This document shows, in pieces, positions 56,530-64,000 of a stretch of DNA of 64,000 nt (the stretch's first letter is position 1; the number at the start of each line of letters is the position of its first letter). Source of the stretch: Dehalococcoidia bacterium (GTDB lineage: Bacteria > Chloroflexota > Dehalococcoidia > Lucifugimonadales > QGNO01); the NCBI GenBank assembly GCA_965197965.1, contig OZ240235.1, forward strand, positions 996,666-1,060,665. Direction: 5' to 3'. A program made the position numbers and the translations under genes. The notes below the pieces were generated by a model. It was not told the origin of the DNA and ran no database searches. It saw nothing but the letters and a program-made list of their open reading frames with translations.

Positions 56530-57939
56530 ATGATAAAGCAGACAACCCAATTGCTGGTACTGGGAGCGGTTGCGCTGGTCCTGGCGTCTGCTTCCGGCTG
56601 CACAGGGATGCCTGAACCGACGCCATCGCCCACGCCAACCCTGACGGCTACGGCCGTACCCGTACCGACCGCCACGCCTTCGCCATCGCCGACCACTATG
56701 GCAACCCCCATGCCCATACCGACGCCCACGCCATCACCCACGCCCTTCATTGTGGGGGAACCGGTCGACCCGTGTGGTCCTCATTTTTACGGGTACTACG
56801 GAAATTATGCAAACTTACACGAGCATTTCATTCATTGGGCAGAGGGGGGCACAAGCCTGTTGTTCGACCATGACGATTTGATCTTGGTTTTGGACATCGC
56901 AGGCGCTCAAGTAAGAGAACTTGCTGATGTAGATGTAAACGATAAATTCGCATACGGGTTCTACGCCGACGTATCGCCGGACGGCTCTCGGGTCGTCTAT
57001 TCCACCTGTGAATACATGCCCGATGAGCCAGAACCGGAAATAGGCAAGTATTCCGAGGGTTACGAGATCGCCTCAGTGAACATGGACGGCACCGACAGGA
57101 AGCGACTGACGAAGAACGAACGTTTCGATCACTATCCTGTCTGGTCACCGAATGGGACGCAGGTCGCCACAGTTACACATGCATATATGGGTATTAGTTT
57201 CAAAGAGTCTGATCTTGAGGATTATGCGCTAACATCGTGGGATGCCCTCTTTATGAGACTAGTCATCAGGTCTGCAGATGCACCGGCGGAATGGCAACCG
57301 CTTTCCCTGACCAGCAGGGTTGCCCTGTACCCTCCGGTCTGGTCGCCTGACGGTCAGCACTTGGCGTTCATTGCGAATGAGGGAGAGTTTCTTCCTTACG
57401 ACGACATTCGCAGGCTCTACATCATTGATTCCGATGGATCAGACCTGATCCGGATAGGAGAGACCACGGCGTCCGCCACGTGGTCCCCGGACGGCAAGGA
57501 GTTGGCCTTCGCCTCGATTGAGGGCGAGACGCCCATAATCTACGCGGTCAGACCCGACGGCACAGGCATACGCACGATCTGGCGTGGTGAGCCCAACAAC
57601 CCCGTCACGTCTATCTCACGGGTCTCACAGGTGTCCTGGTCGCCCGATGGGTCCGAGTTGCTCTTTCTTGCCGGCGAAGTATATTTCCTCAACGAAGGAT
57701 ATCTTGCCGACGAAGCATATCTTGTGCAGTCGGACGGCACGGACCTGCGACGTTTGGCCCCCGGCATTCCAAGTGCCCGGGCCGCATGGTCACCAGACGG
57801 ATCAAGGATAGCAATCTACCAACCGGGTGAACATATCGTCACCATATCTCGTGATGGAACGGACGTGAGAGAGTTGCTAAAGGGAGATGCCATTAGCAAT
57901 CTCCTCACGCTGAACCCGGAAGAGGCGGTGAGTCCATGA
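56530..57939 (+). CDS. Lipoprotein with PT-rich linker and TolB-like beta-propeller (paralogue)
   Basis: The first ~40 codons are nearly identical to the 54867 gene ([39 protein letters not shown]). WSPDG/WSPNG repeats follow. Confidence 0.75.
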   Translation: MIKQTTQLLVLGAVALVLASASGCTGMPEPTPSPTPTLTATAVPVPTATPSPSPTTMATPMPIPTPTPSPTPFIVGEPVDPCGPHFYGYYGNYANLHEHFIHWAEGGTSLLFDHDDLILVLDIAGAQVRELADVDVNDKFAYGFYADVSPDGSRVVYSTCEYMPDEPEPEIGKYSEGYEIASVNMDGTDRKRLTKNERFDHYPVWSPNGTQVATVTHAYMGISFKESDLEDYALTSWDALFMRLVIRSADAPAEWQPLSLTSRVALYPPVWSPDGQHLAFIANEGEFLPYDDIRRLYIIDSDGSDLIRIGETTASATWSPDGKELAFASIEGETPIIYAVRPDGTGIRTIWRGEPNNPVTSISRVSQVSWSPDGSELLFLAGEVYFLNEGYLADEAYLVQSDGTDLRRLAPGIPSARAAWSPDGSRIAIYQPGEHIVTISRDGTDVRELLKGDAISNLLTLNPEEAVSP

Positions 57940-57965
57940 GCAGCCATGTCTGGAGGTCGCGGTGG

Positions 57966-58063
57966 GCGGTAGCTGTAAAGTATCTGTTAGCCTCCTGGGA
58001 ATCCCCACCCATTGCGGTGCGCTTCCATGTATAATCCCCCCTACCCAAACCAGCGAGGACGCC
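57966..58063 (+). promoter_or_regulatory. Repeated promoter/operator module, copy C (diverged)
   Basis: gcggtagctgtaaagta..., half-site GGGAAT-CC-CCACCC, TATAAT (58030-58035), then agcgaggacgccATGATAAAGCA. Confidence 0.5.
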
Positions 58064-59146
58064 ATGATAAAGCAAGACCGCTTGATAAATACATTCTGCG
58101 ACCTTGTGCAGATAGACAGCCCATCCGGAGAAGAGGAAGAGGTGGCCCAAGACCTCACGCGGCGTCTCAGCGACCTCGGCTTCAGCATAGAGCGAGACTC
58201 CTACGGCAATCTGATAGCCTCTGAGGAAGGCGACGAGCCACTGCTGGTATCGGCTCACATGGACACCGTCGAGCCGGGCCGCGGCATAAAGCCACAGGTC
58301 CTGGATGACCGCATCGTCTCCGACGGCGCCACCATCCTCGGCGGCGACTGCAAGGCCGGTGTCGCCGCCATACTGGAAGCATTGGAGTCGCTGCACGAGG
58401 ACGGCACGGAGCGTGTCCCCGTACAGCTTGTCTTCACCCGCGAGGAGGAGCTTGGCCTAGTGGGCGCTCGCAATCTCGACATATCGCTGGTCAAGGCCAA
58501 ACGCGGTGTCGTCTTCGACGGCAACGGCCCGCCCAGCAAGGTGACCAGCGCCAGCTCCACCAACGTCATCTTCACCGTGAACGTTACCGGCCGCTCCGCA
58601 CACGCCGGCGTAGAGCCGGAGAAGGGTCTGTCCGCCATCCGCATAGCCGCCGAAATCATCACCGGCCTGCGCCAGGGCCGCCTCGATGATGAGACCACAA
58701 TCAACGTAGGCGTCGTCTCCGGCGGTTCGGTGCGCAACGCCGTGCCGGAAGATGCCTCGTTCATCGGCGAGTTCCGCAGCCGCAACATAGAATCCCTGGA
58801 GCTGGTGCGCCGTGAAATCAGCGAAGTGTTGGAACAGGCGCGCGGCAAGTATCCAGAGGCCGTCATAGAAGAGACCATGAACGTAGCGTACGAGATGTAC
58901 CGGCTGGGCATGGACAACCCGATGCTGCTGAAGGTGTCGCGCATACTTGAGGGCATGGGCAAGACGCCGCAGGTTGTCCCCTCCGGTGGCGGCACGGACG
59001 GCAACGTATTCAACAAACACGGCTTAAGCTGCGTTGTCGTCGGCATGTCCACCCAGGACATGCATACCGTGAGAGAATACGTGCCCATCGCTGACCTGAC
59101 CGACACCGCCCGCTTCTGCCAGGCGTTGCTTCTGGACAAGGAGTAG
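58064..59146 (+). CDS. M20 family metallopeptidase (peptidase T/tripeptidase-like)
   Basis: LVQIDSPSGEEEEV, SAHMDTV, GGDCKAG and REEELGLVGA metal-ligand segments. The start is at ATG 58064 (MIKQ); the ORF-track extension is upstream noise. Confidence 0.82.
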   Translation: MIKQDRLINTFCDLVQIDSPSGEEEEVAQDLTRRLSDLGFSIERDSYGNLIASEEGDEPLLVSAHMDTVEPGRGIKPQVLDDRIVSDGATILGGDCKAGVAAILEALESLHEDGTERVPVQLVFTREEELGLVGARNLDISLVKAKRGVVFDGNGPPSKVTSASSTNVIFTVNVTGRSAHAGVEPEKGLSAIRIAAEIITGLRQGRLDDETTINVGVVSGGSVRNAVPEDASFIGEFRSRNIESLELVRREISEVLEQARGKYPEAVIEETMNVAYEMYRLGMDNPMLLKVSRILEGMGKTPQVVPSGGGTDGNVFNKHGLSCVVVGMSTQDMHTVREYVPIADLTDTARFCQALLLDKE

Positions 59147-59148
59147 GC

Positions 59149-59973
59149 GTGAATGACTTTGTCTATCTCATTCACTGGAACCAGGACGAGGCCAGGGAGA
59201 GAGCGCAACTCATAGAAGCCGCCGGTTACCGGGTGGACGCCTCGCCCTTCTCCTCCGACTCCCTACGCCACCTGAGGGATAACCCACCGGCCGCCGTTGT
59301 GATAGACCTGTCCCGCCTGCCCTCGCATGGCCGCGAGGTAGCAATGGCGTTGCGGCAGTACAAGAGCACGCGCGCCGTGCCCATCATCTTTGTTGACGGC
59401 CAGCCCGACAAAGTAGAGCGAGTCAAAGAGCTTCTCCCTGATGCAAAGTACGCTGTATGGCAAGGCATAGGCCCCGCCATTCAAGAAACCATCGACTCTC
59501 CTCCTTCTGATCCGGTGCAGCCCCGGAGTGTCTTCGATGCTTATGCGGGCACTCCACTCTTCAAAAAGCTGGGCATCAAAGACGGCTCTCGCGTATCCCT
59601 TGTCGATGCTCCTCAACGGTTTGAATCCAAGCTAGGCGACTTACCGGAAGGCGTTCTGCTGCAAAGGAATGGAAACACCCCTAGCGATCTGATCCTTTGG
59701 TTCGTCACCTCCAGCGAATACCTGCAAAACCATATCCATTCCATGCGCCGCTCCATTGGAAAGGACGGGCTGTGGGTCATCTGGCCCAAGAAGACCTCAG
59801 ATATTCAAACGGATCTGAGCCAGGTGATCGTACGCAGGATAGGCATGGACGCCGGCCTGGTAGACTACAAGATAGCCTCTATAGATGAGACTTGGTCAGG
59901 CCTGCGATTCACACTGAAGAAGCGGAGAGAGCCACCCCAAAAGAGGCTTCAGGCAGCGTCACTTTCTCCGTAA
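59149..59973 (+). CDS. Receiver-like N-terminal domain fused to a DUF3052-like C-terminal domain
   Basis: The N-terminus has a CheY-like beta-alpha pattern with VVIDLS but no acidic pair at the start. The C-terminal LGIKDGSRVSLVDAP...WVIWPKK...VDYKIASIDETWSGLRF resembles DUF3052. Confidence 0.45.
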   Translation: MNDFVYLIHWNQDEARERAQLIEAAGYRVDASPFSSDSLRHLRDNPPAAVVIDLSRLPSHGREVAMALRQYKSTRAVPIIFVDGQPDKVERVKELLPDAKYAVWQGIGPAIQETIDSPPSDPVQPRSVFDAYAGTPLFKKLGIKDGSRVSLVDAPQRFESKLGDLPEGVLLQRNGNTPSDLILWFVTSSEYLQNHIHSMRRSIGKDGLWVIWPKKTSDIQTDLSQVIVRRIGMDAGLVDYKIASIDETWSGLRFTLKKRREPPQKRLQAASLSP

Positions 59974-59988
59974 CAGCACTGTGAGCCT

Positions 59989-60663
59989 CTATGCTCCTTC
60001 GGCAGCCGACCAAAGGGTGATCTCCGCTGCTCCTCGCGGTGACAGGGCGTACACCCCGTTAGACGGCCTGTCGAACCAACCGTACACGTCTCGATACAGG
60101 ATGGCTCTGGCCTTCGGCTCTCCTATTGCACTGGCAATGACAGACGCTTTCGTCGGACCATTGCTCTGCAGGAACACCGCTATCTTAAGCGCCCGTTGCC
60201 GGTACGCCGTCATTATCCCGCGCCGTACCGATGTGCCTCCCAAGTTCGGGTCGCCAACCCGCCTCTCGAACTCGCCCAAGAGCCGTCCGCGCCGTACTCT
60301 GGATCGCCGTGGCCGATACTCTCCGGGATCGAGGATGGCGACAGCGCTGTGCATCCCGGCTGCCGGGTCTATAGTCAGCAGACCCAGTCCCAGCACCCTA
60401 AGCAGCTTCATCGTCTGCCGCCTCCGCCGCCTCAGAAAGTGGCTTCCCGCCGGTATACCCACGTATACTCTAGATGTAGCAGCAAGCCTTTCCACTGCCT
60501 GCAGCAACAGTTCCAGGTTGAGCGACAGCTTCAATTCTACAACGATAGGCTCCTCACCGTTGCGCACGGCGACCACGTCGCAGTTCCCCACCTCCCCCTT
60601 AACCTGGTAGCCCTGCGACTCTAGGAACCGTTTCACGGGAAGATACATGTCTGATTCAATCAT
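59989..60663 (-). CDS. DUF2161-like protein: PD-(D/E)xK nuclease-fold N-terminus plus winged-helix C-terminus
   Basis: GEVGNCDVVAV...PIVVELK fits a D...(D/E)xK motif. The Arg-rich linker and C-terminal HTH-like region are as I recall for DUF2161. Confidence 0.5.
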   Translation of the reverse strand: MIESDMYLPVKRFLESQGYQVKGEVGNCDVVAVRNGEEPIVVELKLSLNLELLLQAVERLAATSRVYVGIPAGSHFLRRRRRQTMKLLRVLGLGLLTIDPAAGMHSAVAILDPGEYRPRRSRVRRGRLLGEFERRVGDPNLGGTSVRRGIMTAYRQRALKIAVFLQSNGPTKASVIASAIGEPKARAILYRDVYGWFDRPSNGVYALSPRGAAEITLWSAAEGA

Positions 60664-60908
60664 TGGTCTACCCCCTGCATGCTTGTTGCGTTGCAGGCAA
60701 ATGCACCGGTGCTCCCTTGTTACTCCATTCTTCTCCCTAGTCCTTCTTCTCCCTACCCTTATAATAGCCCTCTATAGCCCGGGGCTCACCCTACTGAACC
60801 TATAATCAAAGCGCCGAGCGTTTTGAGCCAGACTCGCCTAGCGTTGTCCTAGGCGTACAACGTCTGCTATCATCCCCGCTGAACAAGCCAGAAGCCCGGA
60901 GGTGAAGC

Positions 60909-62288
60909 GTGGCTACCACCCAGACCTTTGAAGAAGCGGTCCAGGAGTTCATAGAGCTATCCAGAGAACTGGTTGGCAAAGAGACCGAGGAGAGTATGCC
61001 ACCAGCGCCGCCCGCGCCTTTCGAGCAGGACGGCCCCCCTTACGAAAACCCCATTCGCTTCGACCAGCGCAACATCCAAAACTACATGCGCACCATCGGC
61101 GACGACAATCCCCTGTACAACGACCCTGATTATGCCAGAGGCACGCGTTACGGCTGTCTCATTGCGCCGGGACCCATACTGTCTCAGATAAGGGGCATCA
61201 CCGCTCATGGCGTACAGTACGGCGGTGAAGGCAAGAGGCGCAAGGAAGGTTATCCCGTGGCCAACTACTTCTCCGGCGCCGCTTGGGAGTTCTTCGATAC
61301 GGTCAAGGTAGGCTCCAAGTTTCGCTCCTCCATGGTAACCAAAGACCTCTTCACCAAACAGGGCTCGCGCGGCAACCTCATCTTCTTCATATCTGAGCTG
61401 ATGTACTGGGACTATCACGGCGACCTAGCGGGCAAGTGCTACGGAACTCTGATCATGGTCCCCATCGAGGCTATGGGAGCGTCTCGCTCCATGAACGTGA
61501 ACAAGGTTGGCTCTCAGCTCCTCTACGAACGCGGCACCCAAACCTACTCCGCGGAAGAACTGCAGGCAATAGTGGAGGACATTGAAAGGATGCGCCCCAG
61601 TCGTCGCGGCGCTGAGACGCTCTACTGGGAAGACGTGGAGGTTGGCGAAAGGCTTGGCCCGGTGGTCGTTCCCCCTTGGACGCTCCAAGACCTGGAGGCC
61701 CCCAACATGGTCGGCTCCTGCGTGCTCCACATCGCCAAAGGAGACCCCGGCGACGAACTGACCTTTGAGCCTGTATACAACCGGTTCAAGATACGCGGTG
61801 AAGGCCACCACGTAACCCATCCCGCCACCCGCTGGCCATGGTCGGCCTCCGCCGAGCACTCCGATCCGCTCATGGCGGCTTTCCGCGCTCTGCCCGGCCC
61901 TTTCGACGGTGGAGTGCAAAGAACACAGATACCCCACCGCCTCCTCAGCGACTGGATGGGGGACGAAGGCTTTGTACGGCGGCAGCAGACCGCTATCAGG
62001 AAGCCCGTGTTCTACAGTGACACCACTTATTACACGGGCGAGGTGGTCAAGAAGTTCAAAGAGGTCCAGGAAGGTGAGGAAGGCCCGGGCGCCGTCCCCG
62101 GCAAGCGCGAGTATCACGCAGTGGGCATCCGATTAGAGGGCAAGAACCAGGTTGGCGAGGTCTCCACCCCGGGTACCGCCTGCATCTACCTGCCATCGCG
62201 CCAGGATGGGCCGGTGCAACTCCCCGTACCCCACTTCGCACGCCCCGACTTTGTTCCCTATGACGTCTTCTATCGCGACTGGTTTTAG
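60909..62288 (+). CDS. MaoC/FAS1-like double hot-dog dehydratase-family protein
   Basis: NIQNYMRTIGDDNPLYNDPDYA... resembles a MaoC_dehydrat_N region. At 459 aa it is long enough for two hot-dog folds. GTG start. Confidence 0.5.
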   Translation: MATTQTFEEAVQEFIELSRELVGKETEESMPPAPPAPFEQDGPPYENPIRFDQRNIQNYMRTIGDDNPLYNDPDYARGTRYGCLIAPGPILSQIRGITAHGVQYGGEGKRRKEGYPVANYFSGAAWEFFDTVKVGSKFRSSMVTKDLFTKQGSRGNLIFFISELMYWDYHGDLAGKCYGTLIMVPIEAMGASRSMNVNKVGSQLLYERGTQTYSAEELQAIVEDIERMRPSRRGAETLYWEDVEVGERLGPVVVPPWTLQDLEAPNMVGSCVLHIAKGDPGDELTFEPVYNRFKIRGEGHHVTHPATRWPWSASAEHSDPLMAAFRALPGPFDGGVQRTQIPHRLLSDWMGDEGFVRRQQTAIRKPVFYSDTTYYTGEVVKKFKEVQEGEEGPGAVPGKREYHAVGIRLEGKNQVGEVSTPGTACIYLPSRQDGPVQLPVPHFARPDFVPYDVFYRDWF

Positions 62289-62300
62289 CCCGGCTCTTCT

Positions 62301-62324
62301 CCGTCATTCCCGTGCTTGACACTG
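62301..62324. repeat. REP-like element, family 3
   Basis: ccgtcattcccgtgcttgacactg matches 17101-17124 (inverted, 22 of 24) and partially matches 22342-22365. Confidence 0.7.
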
Positions 62325-62356
62325 GAACCCAGGGGCGCAAGATGTCTAGCTGATTG

Positions 62357-62881
62357 CTAGAACACAATCAGCGAATGCAGGTCGTAATCCGTGAGCTTAT
62401 CGCGTCCTCTCAAGGCAGCCAGCTCGATGAGCACGGCTATACCGGCAACCAAGCCTCCGCACTGCTCCACCAGTTTCGCCGTGGCCTGCATGGTGCCCCC
62501 GGTGGCCAAAACGTCGTCCACTATCAAGACTCGCGACCCCTCCTTCAAAGCGTCCCGGTGCATCTCCAGGGTCTCCGAGCCGTATTCCAGAGCGTAATCG
62601 AATCCGTAAGTGTGCCATGGCAGCTTGCCCGCCTTGCGTACCGGGACAATGCCCGTGCCCAACTCCATGGCCACGGGAGCGCCCAAAACAAAGCCCCTCG
62701 CTTCTATTGCCACCACAGCATCGATGCTTGCATCATTGAAAGGCCCGCTGAGCGCCTTCACCGCCGTTTCCAGGGCATCAGGGTTCCCCAGCAGCGGGGT
62801 GATGTCCTTGAATTGGATCCCCTTCTCAGGGAAATCCGGCACGTTGCGGATGAAATCCTCCAGGTGCAGGTCCGCCTTCAA
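62357..62881 (-). CDS. apt: adenine phosphoribosyltransferase
   Basis: PDFPEKGIQFKDITPLL and the PRPP loop VLIVDDVLATGGT. TTG start at 62881, 7 nt after AGGAGG; the ORF opens at 62941. Confidence 0.88.
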   Translation of the reverse strand: MKADLHLEDFIRNVPDFPEKGIQFKDITPLLGNPDALETAVKALSGPFNDASIDAVVAIEARGFVLGAPVAMELGTGIVPVRKAGKLPWHTYGFDYALEYGSETLEMHRDALKEGSRVLIVDDVLATGGTMQATAKLVEQCGGLVAGIAVLIELAALRGRDKLTDYDLHSLIVF

Positions 62882-63009
62882 TTCATCTCCTCCTCTGTAA
62901 ATGGCTGCCGTAATGCCACTGAACGCGCCCGTGGGGAACACTTCTGCCGCCTCAGTCGACGCGCCCCGATATGTCTTTGGCAGCGGTCATGCTGAGCAGT
63001 ATCAGGCGT

Positions 63010-63086
63010 TGGTCGGGGTGAGTGGACTTGAACCACCGGCCTCTACGTCCCGAACGTAGCGCTCTTCCAAGCTGAGCTACACCCCG
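63010..63086 (-). tRNA. tRNA-Pro (anticodon CGG)
   Basis: On the minus strand: acceptor cggggtg/caccccg, D arm gctc-agcttggaa-gagc, anticodon stem ctacg/cgtag with loop tTCGGga, T arm ggtgg-ttcaagt-ccact, and an encoded CCA. Confidence 0.88.
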
Positions 63087-63270
63087 CAATAACCTAAGCG
63101 ATTATACCGCAATTACCCAAAGGCGGTAATCTGTCCGCGACTTCCTAATTGAAGGGGAGGCTTCAGTATACAGTCCCAGGCATCATCCTATGGGTCACAC
63201 AGATTTGTAGCATACGTCCTTTTGCCGCTTGTTTGACGCCCTTGAAAGAGGAGGGTTAGCATAGAATCGT

Positions 63271-63891
63271 ATGCAACGCCCAAAGAATTTCCCCAACTGG
63301 CTCGCTATAGGCTCAGCGATTCTGAACGTCCTATCTTTTGTAGGAATCAATTTGTATGGCCTCGTGTCTTCTATGGGTGGTGCTCTGGGTTCTTTTAGTT
63401 CGATATTACCCTTTGTAATCATTGCGGCGTTCTTGGTTTCAACGCTTGTGCTTGGAGCATATCTTGGCTCTCTTGGTTATAGACTCTACTCACATTTGCG
63501 TTATGCGGAGATGCGAAGATTCAAGGCTCTTAGACCCAAAATAACGGAACACAGGGAGAGAACGCTTGGTTTACACACTATACCTATACCCGCACCTCCT
63601 ACTATTTCAACAAGGTCAAGAAACGAGATGCTTATAGGACGTGAAGCACGCTTACTTATTGAAAGACGCAATTTGTTCAAGGAGCTAAAGCAATTCGACA
63701 TACCTATACCGGCGAATACGGATAGAGTAGGTGGAGCGAATTTAGTTGTGTACCTAGAATTCCTAGAGGATTGTGCAGCAAGAGGCGATCTGAAAGATGC
63801 AAGGAACCCTAACCTAACAAAGTTGTTAACAGTCGATCTGGCTAGCTTCCTGCGTACAAGAGCAAATAATACACCTTCCCCGGAAGCGTAG
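63271..63891 (+). CDS. Hypothetical membrane protein (two N-terminal TM helices) in an AT-richer block
   Basis: 206-aa ORF with hydrophobic segments at residues ~10-30 and ~45-70, then a charged soluble tail. No motif recognised. Confidence 0.4.
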   Translation: MQRPKNFPNWLAIGSAILNVLSFVGINLYGLVSSMGGALGSFSSILPFVIIAAFLVSTLVLGAYLGSLGYRLYSHLRYAEMRRFKALRPKITEHRERTLGLHTIPIPAPPTISTRSRNEMLIGREARLLIERRNLFKELKQFDIPIPANTDRVGGANLVVYLEFLEDCAARGDLKDARNPNLTKLLTVDLASFLRTRANNTPSPEA

Positions 63892-64000
63892 TCATAACCA
63901 TTGTTAACGGCCTGGTTCAATGCACCTTCAAGTTGGTTTGGCAAATCTACAACTTGTAAAAGCTTGTGCTGATAACATTTTTGCTCCTTTTACATTAGGA

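Noticed and set aside
60835-60862. Two mutually exclusive short hairpins upstream of the MaoC-like gene, considered as a riboswitch or attenuator: cgcctag/ctaggcg and cgttgt/acaacg.
   Set aside because: The stems are only 6-7 bp, with no U-tract, no leader peptide and no resemblance to a riboswitch class I know. This is too weak to claim.

Overview
This is a 64 kb prokaryotic chromosomal window. It is GC-rich overall: single 60-nt lines hand-counted in housekeeping genes give 52-67% GC. Gene density is high, and REP-like extragenic repeats fill many intergenic gaps. Gene content and repeat style suggest a Chloroflexota-like organism, but I cannot verify taxonomy without a search.

The core content is housekeeping:
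- ispD-ispF-cysS, secG, gatB, pcm, folB, cofE, rpsA, clpC and radA.
- A tRNA(Thr-Tyr-Thr)-tuf-rpmG-secE-nusG-rplKAJL block.
- aroG-type DAHP synthase, sodX/sodN (Ni-SOD), sirC-hemC-cobA/hemD-hemB and apt.

RNA genes are a stand-alone 5S rRNA with its own promoter-like boxes and four tRNAs. One IS481-family insertion sequence lies 25 bp upstream of the 5S promoter.

Four AT-richer blocks (hand counts 38-45% GC) look accessory:
- 6.5-8.5 kb: a PT-repeat lipoprotein with an HEXXH domain.
- 11.76-12.82 kb: a coiled-coil ORF plus a NERD-domain ORF.
- 23.8-25.4 kb: three orphan genes directly behind a DNA methyltransferase-HNH nuclease fusion.
- 63.1-64.0 kb: a region beside tRNA-Pro.

The best candidates for something undescribed are:
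1. The methyltransferase-HNH plus three-orphan-gene operon (22.39-25.44 kb).
2. A roughly 100-bp promoter/operator module, including the first four codons (MIKQ), present three times in front of three consecutive genes (54.76-58.08 kb).
3. A complete micro-gene (promoter, SD, 18-codon Cys/Ser/Thr-rich ORF, terminator) next to an S9 peptidase (31.78-31.96 kb). It is absent from the ORF track because it is under 60 aa.

All functional calls come from motif recognition by eye. No database search was run.
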